From a virus (Duplodnaviria > Caudoviricetes): 64,000 nt of DNA. Positions 26,736 through 35,906 of this stretch are shown here, piece after piece. Position numbers and translations under genes: made by a program. The stretch covers positions 1 to 64,000 of the IMG/VR virus record IMGVR_UViG_3300013121_000025; one strand, 5' to 3'. How positions within the stretch are numbered: position 1 is the first letter of the stretch; every line of letters starts with the position of its first letter. The notes below the pieces were generated by a model. The model made no database searches, was not told where the DNA came from, and was given only the letters and a program-made list of their open reading frames with translations.

Positions 26736-27258
26736 ATTGTCTACGGCGTGCACTTTGTTGTTTCTTAATGCTTTTCTTCTTTTTCATTTTCGAACAACTT
26801 TCATTTAAAGAATTATGAACTGATACAAATAATGATTCTGTTTTTGGTAATTCGTCAAGACTTGCTAAATCAGAATCAATATCATCTGGTTGTTCTTCGT
26901 CAGGCAATTCAGGATCAAACTCGTCCAATCCCATGTCGTCTCCAAACATATCATCACCCATATCAGGCTGTGTGTTGATATTATCACTTGTCTTGTATTG
27001 CTCAGCTTCTTGTGTTAAATTATCACTATCATCAAGTAAACCTTGTTGACGCATTAATTCAATACCAGCTTGTGTTACTTGAATTCCTGTTTCGTCTTCG
27101 CTTATAGCATCAAGATCCATAAGGATTTCAGCAGCAACGATGTTTTTCTCGTCGAATTCTGTTTCAGCACGAGCTAATTCTGGAGTAGCAGAAGTGTAAA
27201 TCTTAACTAAAACTTCTTTTTGGTGATCTGTTAAACGAACAGTGTGTAGAGTGGTCAT
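26722..27258 (-). CDS. Acidic hypothetical protein
   Basis: Highly acidic linker; LNES motif; basic tail. Confidence 0.7.
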   Translation of the reverse strand: MTTLHTVRLTDHQKEVLVKIYTSATPELARAETEFDEKNIVAAEILMDLDAISEDETGIQVTQAGIELMRQQGLLDDSDNLTQEAEQYKTSDNINTQPDMGDDMFGDDMGLDEFDPELPDEEQPDDIDSDLASLDELPKTESLFVSVHNSLNESCSKMKKKKSIKKQQSARRRQFKKS

Positions 27259-27830
27259 TATAAATTTCTCTCGATAAGATGTAATTGTAAGACGATAACC
27301 ATTGCATAAGCAGTTGCATGAGATTTCTTAAAAGATGTTTTGTCACCTTTGTCTATCTTATATAACTTTGTTCTGGCTCGTTCTTTATTAGTAATATATT
27401 CGTGTAATAAGTGTTGTTTATTAGGACGTATTAATGCTAAACAATCAGCTATATCAGGAATACTTTTAGGTTCAAGTGTATTTAATACATCATACCAGTT
27501 TTTAAGATGAAAAAGAGTGTCCACTACTTCCTTTTTCTTAAGGAGAGTCCAATTGGGTTCTTTGTTGAGGTATTCTTTTATTTGTTTCTTACTTGTAAAT
27601 TTGTCAAGAACAGATAAATGTAAGAAATCGATTTTGAAAAACCCGAACTCTTCTGCTTCCTTATAAGGAATTGCAGCAACCCCTGTTACTGGATCCGTGG
27701 CCATATTTTGAAAGTAGATACCACATGGGTGTTTTTTAAGTTCACCGTTGAGAATCATAGACGCGTTTACAGAGGACGGAAAAGTGGACCTCGGATCGAA
27801 CGAAGTCTTAACGTCAATATCTATGTCCAT
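27258..27830 (-). CDS. dnaE: DNA polymerase III alpha-like, catalytic (DxD) fragment
   Basis: MDIDID, KHPCGIY, FFKIDFL, LALIRP, FKKSHATAYA. Confidence 0.85.
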   Translation of the reverse strand: MDIDIDVKTSFDPRSTFPSSVNASMILNGELKKHPCGIYFQNMATDPVTGVAAIPYKEAEEFGFFKIDFLHLSVLDKFTSKKQIKEYLNKEPNWTLLKKKEVVDTLFHLKNWYDVLNTLEPKSIPDIADCLALIRPNKQHLLHEYITNKERARTKLYKIDKGDKTSFKKSHATAYAMVIVLQLHLIERNL

Positions 27831-27831
27831 A

Positions 27832-28500
27832 TTAAATTCCTAATTCTTTTACATACACTTTCATATATTGAACAGCTTCAGGATTTTTTTCGAATTTTTG
27901 TTTCCAATATACAGGACGTATTAATTGTTCGAACAATTGTCGTTCTTCAGGACTCGTTTGTTCCATTAGATATTTCTTGAATTTTCCACTAGCTAATAAT
28001 ATCCACGGTGATAATCTTCTTTCTCTAATGTGTTGAAGAATTTCATTTATTTTAAGTACTGAGAATACATTACTAACATCTATGTTATTATCATCAGCAA
28101 TATTAATTAATGTAGTAATAGTGATATTAGCTTGTTTATATGGTGTTGTTCGTCTATCTAAATGTTCAATATACAATACATATACTTTATCATTTGTCCA
28201 TAAATGTGGTGAGAAATCTTTCTCTACCATTAATTTAATAAACAAATCAACATCTACTAACTGCATATCTTTAATATATTGAGCAAATTTTATAAATGCA
28301 TTGTAGTATTTGGAAATTAAAAATGCTTCGTGTCTAGGAGTATTGCGTTTATATAATTTCATCCAAGTGGAGTAATATGTAAACGCCATTTGTCCTATCA
28401 ATGTTTTACTTTCGTTGACTCTACTCATAGTTTTACACTCGTGTCGTAAAAACGTATCTTCACGTGAGAACGTCTTATGGCAATATGAACATTCAAACAT
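27832..28500 (-). CDS. Zn-finger (C2H2-like) replication-associated hypothetical protein
   Basis: FECSYCHKTF......RHEC; between the clamp-loader subunit and the DnaE fragment. Confidence 0.7.
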   Translation of the reverse strand: MFECSYCHKTFSREDTFLRHECKTMSRVNESKTLIGQMAFTYYSTWMKLYKRNTPRHEAFLISKYYNAFIKFAQYIKDMQLVDVDLFIKLMVEKDFSPHLWTNDKVYVLYIEHLDRRTTPYKQANITITTLINIADDNNIDVSNVFSVLKINEILQHIRERRLSPWILLASGKFKKYLMEQTSPEERQLFEQLIRPVYWKQKFEKNPEAVQYMKVYVKELGI

Positions 28501-28949
28501 TATTTAAACTCTTTTTTTAACTTGTTAATTTCGTCTTTATCTTTACCCATTTGTTCTGCAATAGTAACTATATCTTGTTCACTATAAGTATCAACATGTT
28601 CACGTGCTTCTCGCTTACTGCAATTAAGATATACAGCAAGAAGTTCTACTGTTTGAGATTTTTTCGATTCTGAAACGTTCTTAATCCACGTATAACGTTG
28701 AGACTTACCGTTAGTTACCCCACACATTAATTTCCACAATAAAGGCTTGTGTTTATATAGTGAAAACAAGTATGGATTTACATTTTCATTAATAGCATAG
28801 ATTTGCACAGGATTAGTCGTAAATGCTAACCACTTTGCAGTAATAAAAGGAACGAAGATTTTATTAAACTCTTCATCCTCTATCTTTGTTAATTGTTTCT
28901 TATCAATATATGATAAGATTTCAAATATCGTTGGTTTGTTTGAGCTCAT
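28500..28949 (-). CDS. Clamp loader small subunit (T4 gp62-like)
   Basis: IFEIL..I..K, FVPFI..KWL, NE.VN, RYTWIK, LAVY..CS.REA.E. Confidence 0.65.
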   Translation of the reverse strand: MSSNKPTIFEILSYIDKKQLTKIEDEEFNKIFVPFITAKWLAFTTNPVQIYAINENVNPYLFSLYKHKPLLWKLMCGVTNGKSQRYTWIKNVSESKKSQTVELLAVYLNCSKREAREHVDTYSEQDIVTIAEQMGKDKDEINKLKKEFK

Positions 28950-29274
28950 TTGGTATACTAATTTTCCCGTTGCAGAATTTACATTCGACGTGATCTTCTT
29001 TGAGAACTAACATGTCATAAGGATGAAGACAGTTTTCTACCATTTCCGATCTAAGTATCGTAATCTTATCTATAATATCCGTCTTCCTTTTATTGAAATC
29101 AATAAGGATATCTTCGATGGGTTGTAATTCTGCTACTAATGTTTCGAGGTTATTTAATTTGCGTTGCCACGATGTTTTATCACTACGATCGGGATAATTC
29201 GAAATAGACTCGAAAATTCTACGTTCGCGTGTCTGATCTGGTGTTTCGTTTTCTGCTTTTTTACGTCTTGACAT
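28921..29274 (-). CDS. Hypothetical protein (coiled coil + C-terminal Zn motif)
   Basis: CLHP...CKFC. Confidence 0.7.
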   Translation of the reverse strand: MSRRKKAENETPDQTRERRIFESISNYPDRSDKTSWQRKLNNLETLVAELQPIEDILIDFNKRKTDIIDKITILRSEMVENCLHPYDMLVLKEDHVECKFCNGKISIPNELKQTNDI

Positions 29275-29283
29275 ATTAACTCC

Positions 29284-29592
29284 TTATAAAATTTGCATTG
29301 CTTGAATATATGCTTGATCAGGATCAATTGATTGTTTCTCAATTGTATCTAATTTAACAATACAATCTGTAACATCCAATTGCTCAATAGATCCGTCCGC
29401 ACGCTGTATAACAAGTGTGTTTAAAGTCGTTCCTGTAGTATCAAATTCATATTTAATTTGATCTATAATATCACTCAAAGTATAGTCATTCGTTGCCCAC
29501 CCGTGTGGATGAGAACTTATTGTTGTATAACTAGTAGCATAACTAGCGGTTGTCACTATTCCTGATGGTGTTATCGTTAATGTATTACTCAT
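29284..29592 (-). CDS. Hypothetical protein
   Basis: 102 aa, GAGGA RBS. Confidence 0.65.
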   Translation of the reverse strand: MSNTLTITPSGIVTTASYATSYTTISSHPHGWATNDYTLSDIIDQIKYEFDTTGTTLNTLVIQRADGSIEQLDVTDCIVKLDTIEKQSIDPDQAYIQAMQIL

Positions 29593-29599
29593 ATTTTCC

Positions 29600-30523
29600 T
29601 CATACTATTGATAATCGTACAAATAATGCTGCAGCATTAATCTCAGGATCTGCACTTCCTGTGTGTTTAAATAAATGCTCAGCAATTAACACGTACGCTT
29701 GCTCAGCTTTTTCAATTTGTTTGAATTTTCCAAAAGTGTGAATATTATCATACAAATAACGGTATACTTCTTCCCATTCACTTGGTAATACTTGTGAACA
29801 TACTAATTCACGAGCCCCTCTCCAATTATCTTTCGCTAATAAATTAGCAAGTTCTCCTTTATAATCTCCTTTATCTTTACTTACAGTTGGTAAAATTAAT
29901 GTTCCTGTAGTACAATGTTGTTGTAATGTATTAAGTAGTTTTCTAATATCAGGAAAGGTAAGATCAATAAATTGTTTAACAGTATCAAGATTAAATTTAA
30001 TTTTTTCTTTTGCTAACACTTCAACTGCACATAACAGAATATTATCATACGATTGTGTTTTAAAATGAAAGTGTGTCAATCGAGATTTCAAAGGTGTAAT
30101 TATTTTATGTTCATGATTGCAAGTTAAAATAAAACGTGCTGTATTATCAGGATCTTCGAGAGGAACACGAAGTAATGCTTGAGCATTTAGACTGAGATAA
30201 TCAGCCTCTTCGAGAAGGACGATTTTAAAGTCGCCCATAGGATATGAGTTAATGAAATCAGTAATTTCTGTTCGCATATCATCAACACTATTCTGGTCCG
30301 ATGCGTTGATTTGTTTAACATCTAAAGTAGGATCAACTGGCATGCTATTAATAAGAATTTTTGCAATTGTAGTTTTACCAGATCCTTGTACACCAGAAAG
30401 TAAGAGGTGAGGGAAGGATTGTTGCTTAACCATATTTGTGAACGCTTCTTTATATTGATCGTTCGGAAAAACATACCCATCAAGAGTAGATGGTCGGTGC
30501 TTAATGCCCCAAGATATAATCAT
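29600..30523 (-). CDS. Clamp loader AAA+ subunit (T4 gp44/RFC-like)
   Basis: KHRP, GVQGSGKTT, INASD, LLEEAD, FILTCN, SRL, FPDIRK. Confidence 0.92.
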   Translation of the reverse strand: MIISWGIKHRPSTLDGYVFPNDQYKEAFTNMVKQQSFPHLLLSGVQGSGKTTIAKILINSMPVDPTLDVKQINASDQNSVDDMRTEITDFINSYPMGDFKIVLLEEADYLSLNAQALLRVPLEDPDNTARFILTCNHEHKIITPLKSRLTHFHFKTQSYDNILLCAVEVLAKEKIKFNLDTVKQFIDLTFPDIRKLLNTLQQHCTTGTLILPTVSKDKGDYKGELANLLAKDNWRGARELVCSQVLPSEWEEVYRYLYDNIHTFGKFKQIEKAEQAYVLIAEHLFKHTGSADPEINAAALFVRLSIV

Positions 30524-30552
30524 AGATAACAGTCTCCGTATAGTAATAATAT

Positions 30553-30581
30553 AGTATACTAGAAAGAGAATTGAAAATCAA
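30553..30581 (-). promoter_or_regulatory. sigma70-type promoter
   Basis: TTGATT-N17-TATACT. Confidence 0.72.
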
Positions 30582-30590
30582 CTAATACTT

Positions 30591-31580
30591 TTACTTATTA
30601 CGATTGACAGCAATAAGTCGTTTTAAGAAATCAGGTTGCCCTTGATAAAATGCATTAACCGGAGGTGGTGGAGCAATAGGAGGATGTTCAACAAGCGCTT
30701 TATCTATTTGTGCTTCACTGTTTACTGTTGGTGTGGGTTCCTCATCAATAAACACATCTGTCAGCGTTGGTGATTCTTCCACCTGCGAAGAGTCGTTTTC
30801 TTTCTCCACAATAGGGTCAGGGTCTTCCTGCTTGCGTGAAGGAGTAGGAGGTGGTGGAGAAAGTGGAGTCGGAGGGGAAGGAGGGGGTGGCACACGATTA
30901 CCTTCTCTAATCATAAGTGCATGGTTACCTGCGAGAGTGAGAGCAATGGCTAATGGATCAAATACAATAATAATTAACAATGTCATCCATTTAATGGCAG
31001 TATCAACGTCTTTGTCGAAAGCTTTTGCAATGTAAATAATTGGACCTGTGTGTGCTTCAACTTCGATTTGTTTTGAGGCTAATTGTTGCTTTTCGACACG
31101 AATGGCAATTCTGCGTTCAGAAATTATTTTCTTTTCATCTTTATAAGAATCCATTAACTTGATTCTTGCTCTCACATAGTTTTCACCAACACGAGCGATA
31201 TCAGCATCAATTTGTGCCTCTCTTTCTGTCAATTCCTTTTCTTCAGTAAGTAATAATTCCATTTTTGCTTGGACATCTTTTAGCCCTACTGAATCTTGTT
31301 GATAAGCGTTACTTAAATAACCATAAATTCCTGCCGATGTAATAATCATTAAACCTGCAACAGCAACCATCAAATAACTCTTTAACCATAAACTCGCCGT
31401 TGTCCAATATCGTTGTAAGAATGAAGCCGCAACGAGTTTACCTACTTCTAATACTGTTCCCATGATCACAACGGACCAGAAGGTAGCAACGTAAATATTT
31501 GCTAAACCATAGATACTGAAAAATCCAGCAACAGCAGCAATAGATAGTGCACTAATGAATAGTATTAGAATAAACCACAT
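30591..31580 (-). CDS. Multi-pass membrane protein with coiled coil and Pro-rich tail
   Basis: Three N-terminal TM segments, LEVGKLV, ITSAGIYGYLS, GPIIYI, VFDPLA. Confidence 0.78.
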   Translation of the reverse strand: MWFILILFISALSIAAVAGFFSIYGLANIYVATFWSVVIMGTVLEVGKLVAASFLQRYWTTASLWLKSYLMVAVAGLMIITSAGIYGYLSNAYQQDSVGLKDVQAKMELLLTEEKELTEREAQIDADIARVGENYVRARIKLMDSYKDEKKIISERRIAIRVEKQQLASKQIEVEAHTGPIIYIAKAFDKDVDTAIKWMTLLIIIVFDPLAIALTLAGNHALMIREGNRVPPPPSPPTPLSPPPPTPSRKQEDPDPIVEKENDSSQVEESPTLTDVFIDEEPTPTVNSEAQIDKALVEHPPIAPPPPVNAFYQGQPDFLKRLIAVNRNK

Positions 31581-31582
31581 GA

Positions 31583-31885
31583 TTAATCGACTACTCCAAT
31601 TATAAATTCTTCATCAGTTTTCCATAAAGTTTTTCCATTTACCTCAAATTGAGGAGTCCACTTCAAAGGTTCAATCATGACCCTCATTCCTTCTTTAACA
31701 ACAGTACATTCGGGACCAACCGCCACAACAGTAGCAATTCTTACGTCTCCAGAAGATTGTAATGCTGTTAATTGACTTTGTGCAATTAAAATTCCACCAC
31801 GAGACTGTTCTCTGAAGTATCCATTTGTTGATACAAAGTCTTGGAATTCAAATAAAATATCACTATTAACAGGACGAATGTTCAT
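31583..31885 (-). CDS. groES: GroES-like co-chaperonin
   Basis: IRP...I, SRGGILI, VVAVGP, VKEG..V, EEFIIGVV. Confidence 0.8.
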   Translation of the reverse strand: MNIRPVNSDILFEFQDFVSTNGYFREQSRGGILIAQSQLTALQSSGDVRIATVVAVGPECTVVKEGMRVMIEPLKWTPQFEVNGKTLWKTDEEFIIGVVD

Positions 31886-32169
31886 TAAGCACCTCGTCTT
31901 TTTCGTGGGGCTTTTGGTGCTGGTGTGTCAACAACTTCTTCTGCAACAACAGGTGTTTCGTCGGCCATTATTTCCTCAACTTCTGGATCGATATCAAGTT
32001 CTGAAGTTTGTGTTTTTTGCTTCTTAACACGACGACGAATTTTCTTATCAACAAATTTCTCACGTTCCTGCGTAGTTGCAGGTTTTGGTGTGTTTGCAAT
32101 TTGTTGTTTCATTTGAAGCAAGTCGAGGTCGACTAATTCTCCTCTCATGCTTCGTACTTTTTGACCCAT
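31885..32169 (-). CDS. Hypothetical protein
   Basis: RSMRGELVD; TAATG coupling. Confidence 0.7.
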   Translation of the reverse strand: MGQKVRSMRGELVDLDLLQMKQQIANTPKPATTQEREKFVDKKIRRRVKKQKTQTSELDIDPEVEEIMADETPVVAEEVVDTPAPKAPRKRRGA

Positions 32170-32179
32170 ATAATCTCTC

Positions 32180-32728
32180 CTATGAAATAAAATCTTCTAT
32201 ATTTAATTGGTATTTGATACTATCAACATCATGCACTTCTAATAGATATAGTATATAAGAGGACACACTGCTTCCTCTTCCAACACCCCAAACGATATTT
32301 TGTTGTTTAAATGTATTTATGACGTATAAAATTACTTTTAGAACGTCAAACATGTTATTTTTACGGTATAATGATAATTCCAACTTCGTACGTTCGATGC
32401 GTTGTTTCATTTCTTCGTCAGTATAGTTCCCACGTTTGAGTTCCTCCTCAAGTGCTTTATATACTACTGCTTGTACATGCATATTAGTATACTCTGAAGG
32501 AAGCGTCCACATAGGATTGATGGGGTCACACTCGTGTTTAGTACCAATTTGCTGTGTAACTGGAACCATTTTATTATATTGTTGTATATCTTTGTCCACG
32601 TTATCAACGCAAATATTCTTTACATCAATATCATATTGAAGTAAAAAATCTGTAAGTTGGTTCGACTTGATACTTATCTTTCCGTCGTACCACAAAGTGT
32701 AGGTGTTTAGTTGTGTGTTGTTGGTCAT
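32180..32728 (-). CDS. dnaE: DNA polymerase III alpha-like, N-terminal (GRGS) fragment
   Basis: R..LEL, WGVGRGSSVSSYILYLLEVHDVDSIKYQL..EDF. Confidence 0.85.
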   Translation of the reverse strand: MTNNTQLNTYTLWYDGKISIKSNQLTDFLLQYDIDVKNICVDNVDKDIQQYNKMVPVTQQIGTKHECDPINPMWTLPSEYTNMHVQAVVYKALEEELKRGNYTDEEMKQRIERTKLELSLYRKNNMFDVLKVILYVINTFKQQNIVWGVGRGSSVSSYILYLLEVHDVDSIKYQLNIEDFIS

Positions 32729-33063
32729 TTGAAGGGAGTTTTATACACTGGACCTACGTCTTTAGGAATTGCTACTTTTGCAAACGCTTCACTATCTAAA
32801 ACAGGCTGATTCTCATTTATAGGAGGTGCAGCTCTGGACACTTGTGGTATTGGGCGTTGTTCTTCATGGTAGTATGCTGGACGATATTCTTGTTCAGGAG
32901 GTATTGATTGTTTTTGGACTTTCTCTGTCACCAACATCAACTTTTCCTTGATCCGTTTCCACTGTACAGGTGAGGGAGTCCATCCTTCATCTTGCATTTC
33001 TTCAACGCCTTGTAGCCACATTTTAAATTCTGAAAATGTTAATTTTGTTTCATTATTGCTCAT
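32725..33063 (-). CDS. Hypothetical protein
   Basis: EFKMWLQGVEE...P...QWKRI. Confidence 0.7.
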   Translation of the reverse strand: MSNNETKLTFSEFKMWLQGVEEMQDEGWTPSPVQWKRIKEKLMLVTEKVQKQSIPPEQEYRPAYYHEEQRPIPQVSRAAPPINENQPVLDSEAFAKVAIPKDVGPVYKTPFK

Positions 33064-33078
33064 ATAATATACCTTGTA

Positions 33079-33570
33079 TTAAAATAAATCCCCAATTAAA
33101 CGGTCTTTTAGATATTTATGACTGTCTGAAGGGGCGATATTAATCCATTCATTGGGCCCAATAGGGTGACACAACATGTGATGTTTTTTAAGTAGAGGTC
33201 CCACATTAATATGATCAGGACTATAATCTTGTACAGTAACAACGCAAGGACGAGATTTATTGCCCGACGGTCCTGATACTACTGCTGTAAATTCTCTTCC
33301 TGCTAATTTCTTGACTTGTATTGCATCTAATTCTGTTGTTTCTTCGTCCATTACAAGTATGTTCCAACTCGATGGTACGAAAAACGAAAACCCTTCAATT
33401 GAAATTTTAAGAGATGGACAGTGTATTTCTTCGAAAAATTGTAATTCTGTTAGCGTAAAATCCATCTCTCCTTCAAAATCTAAATCAAGCACCCAAAAAT
33501 AATTACTTAATACTGGCCCATTGATATTATCGATAATAATTGGATCATTATTCTCATCAAATATTAACAT
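33079..33570 (-). CDS. Conserved hypothetical protein downstream of uvsW
   Basis: 163-aa beta-rich ORF overlapping the uvsW stop. Confidence 0.7.
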   Translation of the reverse strand: MLIFDENNDPIIIDNINGPVLSNYFWVLDLDFEGEMDFTLTELQFFEEIHCPSLKISIEGFSFFVPSSWNILVMDEETTELDAIQVKKLAGREFTAVVSGPSGNKSRPCVVTVQDYSPDHINVGPLLKKHHMLCHPIGPNEWINIAPSDSHKYLKDRLIGDLF

Positions 33571-35077
33571 AATTGTTTACATCCTTCTTATTATATTGTT
33601 TAACTGTTTTTGTATAAGGATATTGTGCATCCTTATAATATTTTATTCTTTCTGCGACGTGCTTCTTACTGTATTTCAAATCAGAACAAATATCATATAT
33701 GTCGACGTGATCTTTGTCAGGTGCTACGCGCAATCCTCTTCCGATTGACTGAATGACACGAGTAAAAGATTTGCCTATATCTACTAAGAATAGATTGTAG
33801 ATACGTTTGATGTTGATACCAGTACTGGCGATATTGACTGTAGCAATAACAACTAAATTGTTTTCTGTTTTAAATAAACTATATATTTTCTTTCGTACTT
33901 TAACTTTATCGTTCCCATACACGAACATAGCGTTTGGAATTAATTCTGCTAGTTTTTTTCCATATGTTACACCATCAACGAGAACAAACGTATTACCTTG
34001 CTGTCGTACTGTTTCGATACGGTTAGCCACCCATTCCATACGATCTTTATTTTTGGATAAGAAATCTTTTTCAGCAGAATATTCTGGAAAGTATGTGTCT
34101 TTAAATTGAATATAAGTAGGTTTTTTAAGAAAAATGTTATTTGCAATAAACTCATTATACTTATCAACCATATCTTCTTCAAGTTGTTCAATATGAATAT
34201 CAAGCTTCGCAAGAATACCTTTATCAATTAATTCTTTTGCAGTAACAGTTTCTTTAACGTTACCCACAGCTAATGTCACAGCGAATGCGTCAGATTTGCC
34301 TTTTGGTAAAGTTCCTGTTACACCAAATCGATGAGCAATGTTGCCACCATGATCGAGCAACATTTCACGTAATATTTCACCAGTGAGACCGTGCGCTTCA
34401 TCGACAATTACACCTCTGAAACCATTGAGAATCGATTTGTTATTTTTTAATGCTTGCCACGTAGACACGACTGTTGCGTGGTCGACATCTTTTCTTGTAC
34501 CGCTATATTCACCAACGTCCACTCCTAACCAAGCAAATTCATCATACGTTTGTTGAATTAAGTCTTGGCTTGGAACAATTACCATCATTCGAACGTCTAG
34601 TTTATTATATAATAAACACATTGCACCACAAATTAAAGTTTTTCCAGCACCAGTAGCTGCGATTGCTAATCCGTGCCCTTCTTTTACAAGAGCATTAACA
34701 ACTCTCACTTGGTGGTCATACAAATCAACACGTTCGCCTGAATCGGGCCACGTTAAATGTTGGAAAAAGGTCTCGTCGATGAGGGGAGGGGAAACAACTT
34801 GACTAGTGCGTAAGTCATTTAATGTAATATTATAATCAAGAGCAACAAGTTTTTTCATTATACCATCTAAAAGATGGTAATATGTTTTTCCGTCTGCTTG
34901 AAAATATCGAATCTTACCGTCCCAAGCACCGAACTTGTACTTTGGATTAAAGAAATAATTTTCTGCAAATATAGCGTATGCGTCCTGAAACATTTTACTA
35001 TGTTCAGTTGACAACCCTGTTATTTTTACATTTACTTCATCAAGAAGGTGAATAATTACTTGTTTCTTTTGACTCAT
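33557..35077 (-). CDS. uvsW: SF2 DNA helicase (UvsW-like)
   Basis: WDGKIR, ATGAGKT, DEAH, TGT, STGINI, QSIGRGLR. Confidence 0.93.
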   Translation of the reverse strand: MSQKKQVIIHLLDEVNVKITGLSTEHSKMFQDAYAIFAENYFFNPKYKFGAWDGKIRYFQADGKTYYHLLDGIMKKLVALDYNITLNDLRTSQVVSPPLIDETFFQHLTWPDSGERVDLYDHQVRVVNALVKEGHGLAIAATGAGKTLICGAMCLLYNKLDVRMMVIVPSQDLIQQTYDEFAWLGVDVGEYSGTRKDVDHATVVSTWQALKNNKSILNGFRGVIVDEAHGLTGEILREMLLDHGGNIAHRFGVTGTLPKGKSDAFAVTLAVGNVKETVTAKELIDKGILAKLDIHIEQLEEDMVDKYNEFIANNIFLKKPTYIQFKDTYFPEYSAEKDFLSKNKDRMEWVANRIETVRQQGNTFVLVDGVTYGKKLAELIPNAMFVYGNDKVKVRKKIYSLFKTENNLVVIATVNIASTGINIKRIYNLFLVDIGKSFTRVIQSIGRGLRVAPDKDHVDIYDICSDLKYSKKHVAERIKYYKDAQYPYTKTVKQYNKKDVNNYVNI

Positions 35078-35532
35078 AATACTATATTTTCAAGAGAAGC
35101 CACACGTAAATTAGTAATATTGCGCAGAACGTAACCCCTAGAAGTAAATGCATCAACCACAGCAGAATACTTTTTATACAGTTCTTCGACTTGGAGATAA
35201 AGTTGATTTTCGACGAGGTATTTTGGGTCATTGTTAATATATTGATCTTTATCTTTTTGGGACAAATCACGACTGTAGTTTTCTGTATACTTGCGCCAAA
35301 GTTCCCCACGGACACGTTCTACTTCACGTTCCATATATTTAAGCAAAATATATAGTTCTGATTTGCGTTCATCGTAAAAAATTTGTAAGGAAGCATGCTC
35401 TCTATTTGCACGTTCTAACGTTTTGCCTTCTAAATTAATTTCTTCTGCAACTTTGCCAAGATCATCTGTGTACTTAGAAATTAGTTTCGGAAGATTTTCT
35501 CTCTTCTCACCTAAATCAATTAAAATACTCAA
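35074..35532 (-). CDS. uvsY: Recombination mediator (UvsY-like)
   Basis: Helical 152 aa between uvsX and uvsW; KY.E.Y.R.L...D...YI..D, RGY.L.NI..LR. Confidence 0.72.
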   Translation of the reverse strand: MSILIDLGEKRENLPKLISKYTDDLGKVAEEINLEGKTLERANREHASLQIFYDERKSELYILLKYMEREVERVRGELWRKYTENYSRDLSQKDKDQYINNDPKYLVENQLYLQVEELYKKYSAVVDAFTSRGYVLRNITNLRVASLENIVL

Positions 35533-35906
35533 TGTAGTACCCTCTTTTTTTCTTGTTCTTCAGGTTCATTAAATGATACCTCAGATTCTTCTAAAAGAAA
35601 ACGCTGGACCTCAGATTTAGTTTTTTCGACATCATTTGCCACTACAATATCTTTGGAAATATTAATAAACATTTCTCCTTGTTCTGGTTGAGATTTAATG
35701 CTAAATCTAATAACATAACTATCATCTTCTTCAACTTTAATTATGTCATATAGTGCTATGTCAAGGGCATCTACTTGAAAAGCGGCACAAATGCCCAATA
35801 CGACATTATACATTTTTGAAAAGATAAAGATATTGTAATGTTTTATGATTGATGATTTCTCGTCCAACAATTCATCAATTGTCTTCGTGCTTATTTGTTG
35901 TTCCAT
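35529..35906 (-). CDS. Hypothetical protein
   Basis: 125-aa operon ORF ending RVLH. Confidence 0.65.
   Translation of the reverse strand: MEQQISTKTIDELLDEKSSIIKHYNIFIFSKMYNVVLGICAAFQVDALDIALYDIIKVEEDDSYVIRFSIKSQPEQGEMFINISKDIVVANDVEKTKSEVQRFLLEESEVSFNEPEEQEKKRVLH

Noticed and set aside
27258-32728. Split-intein or intron joining of the DnaE halves
   Set aside because: No intein N- or C-terminal motifs at the junctions, and ordinary genes lie between.
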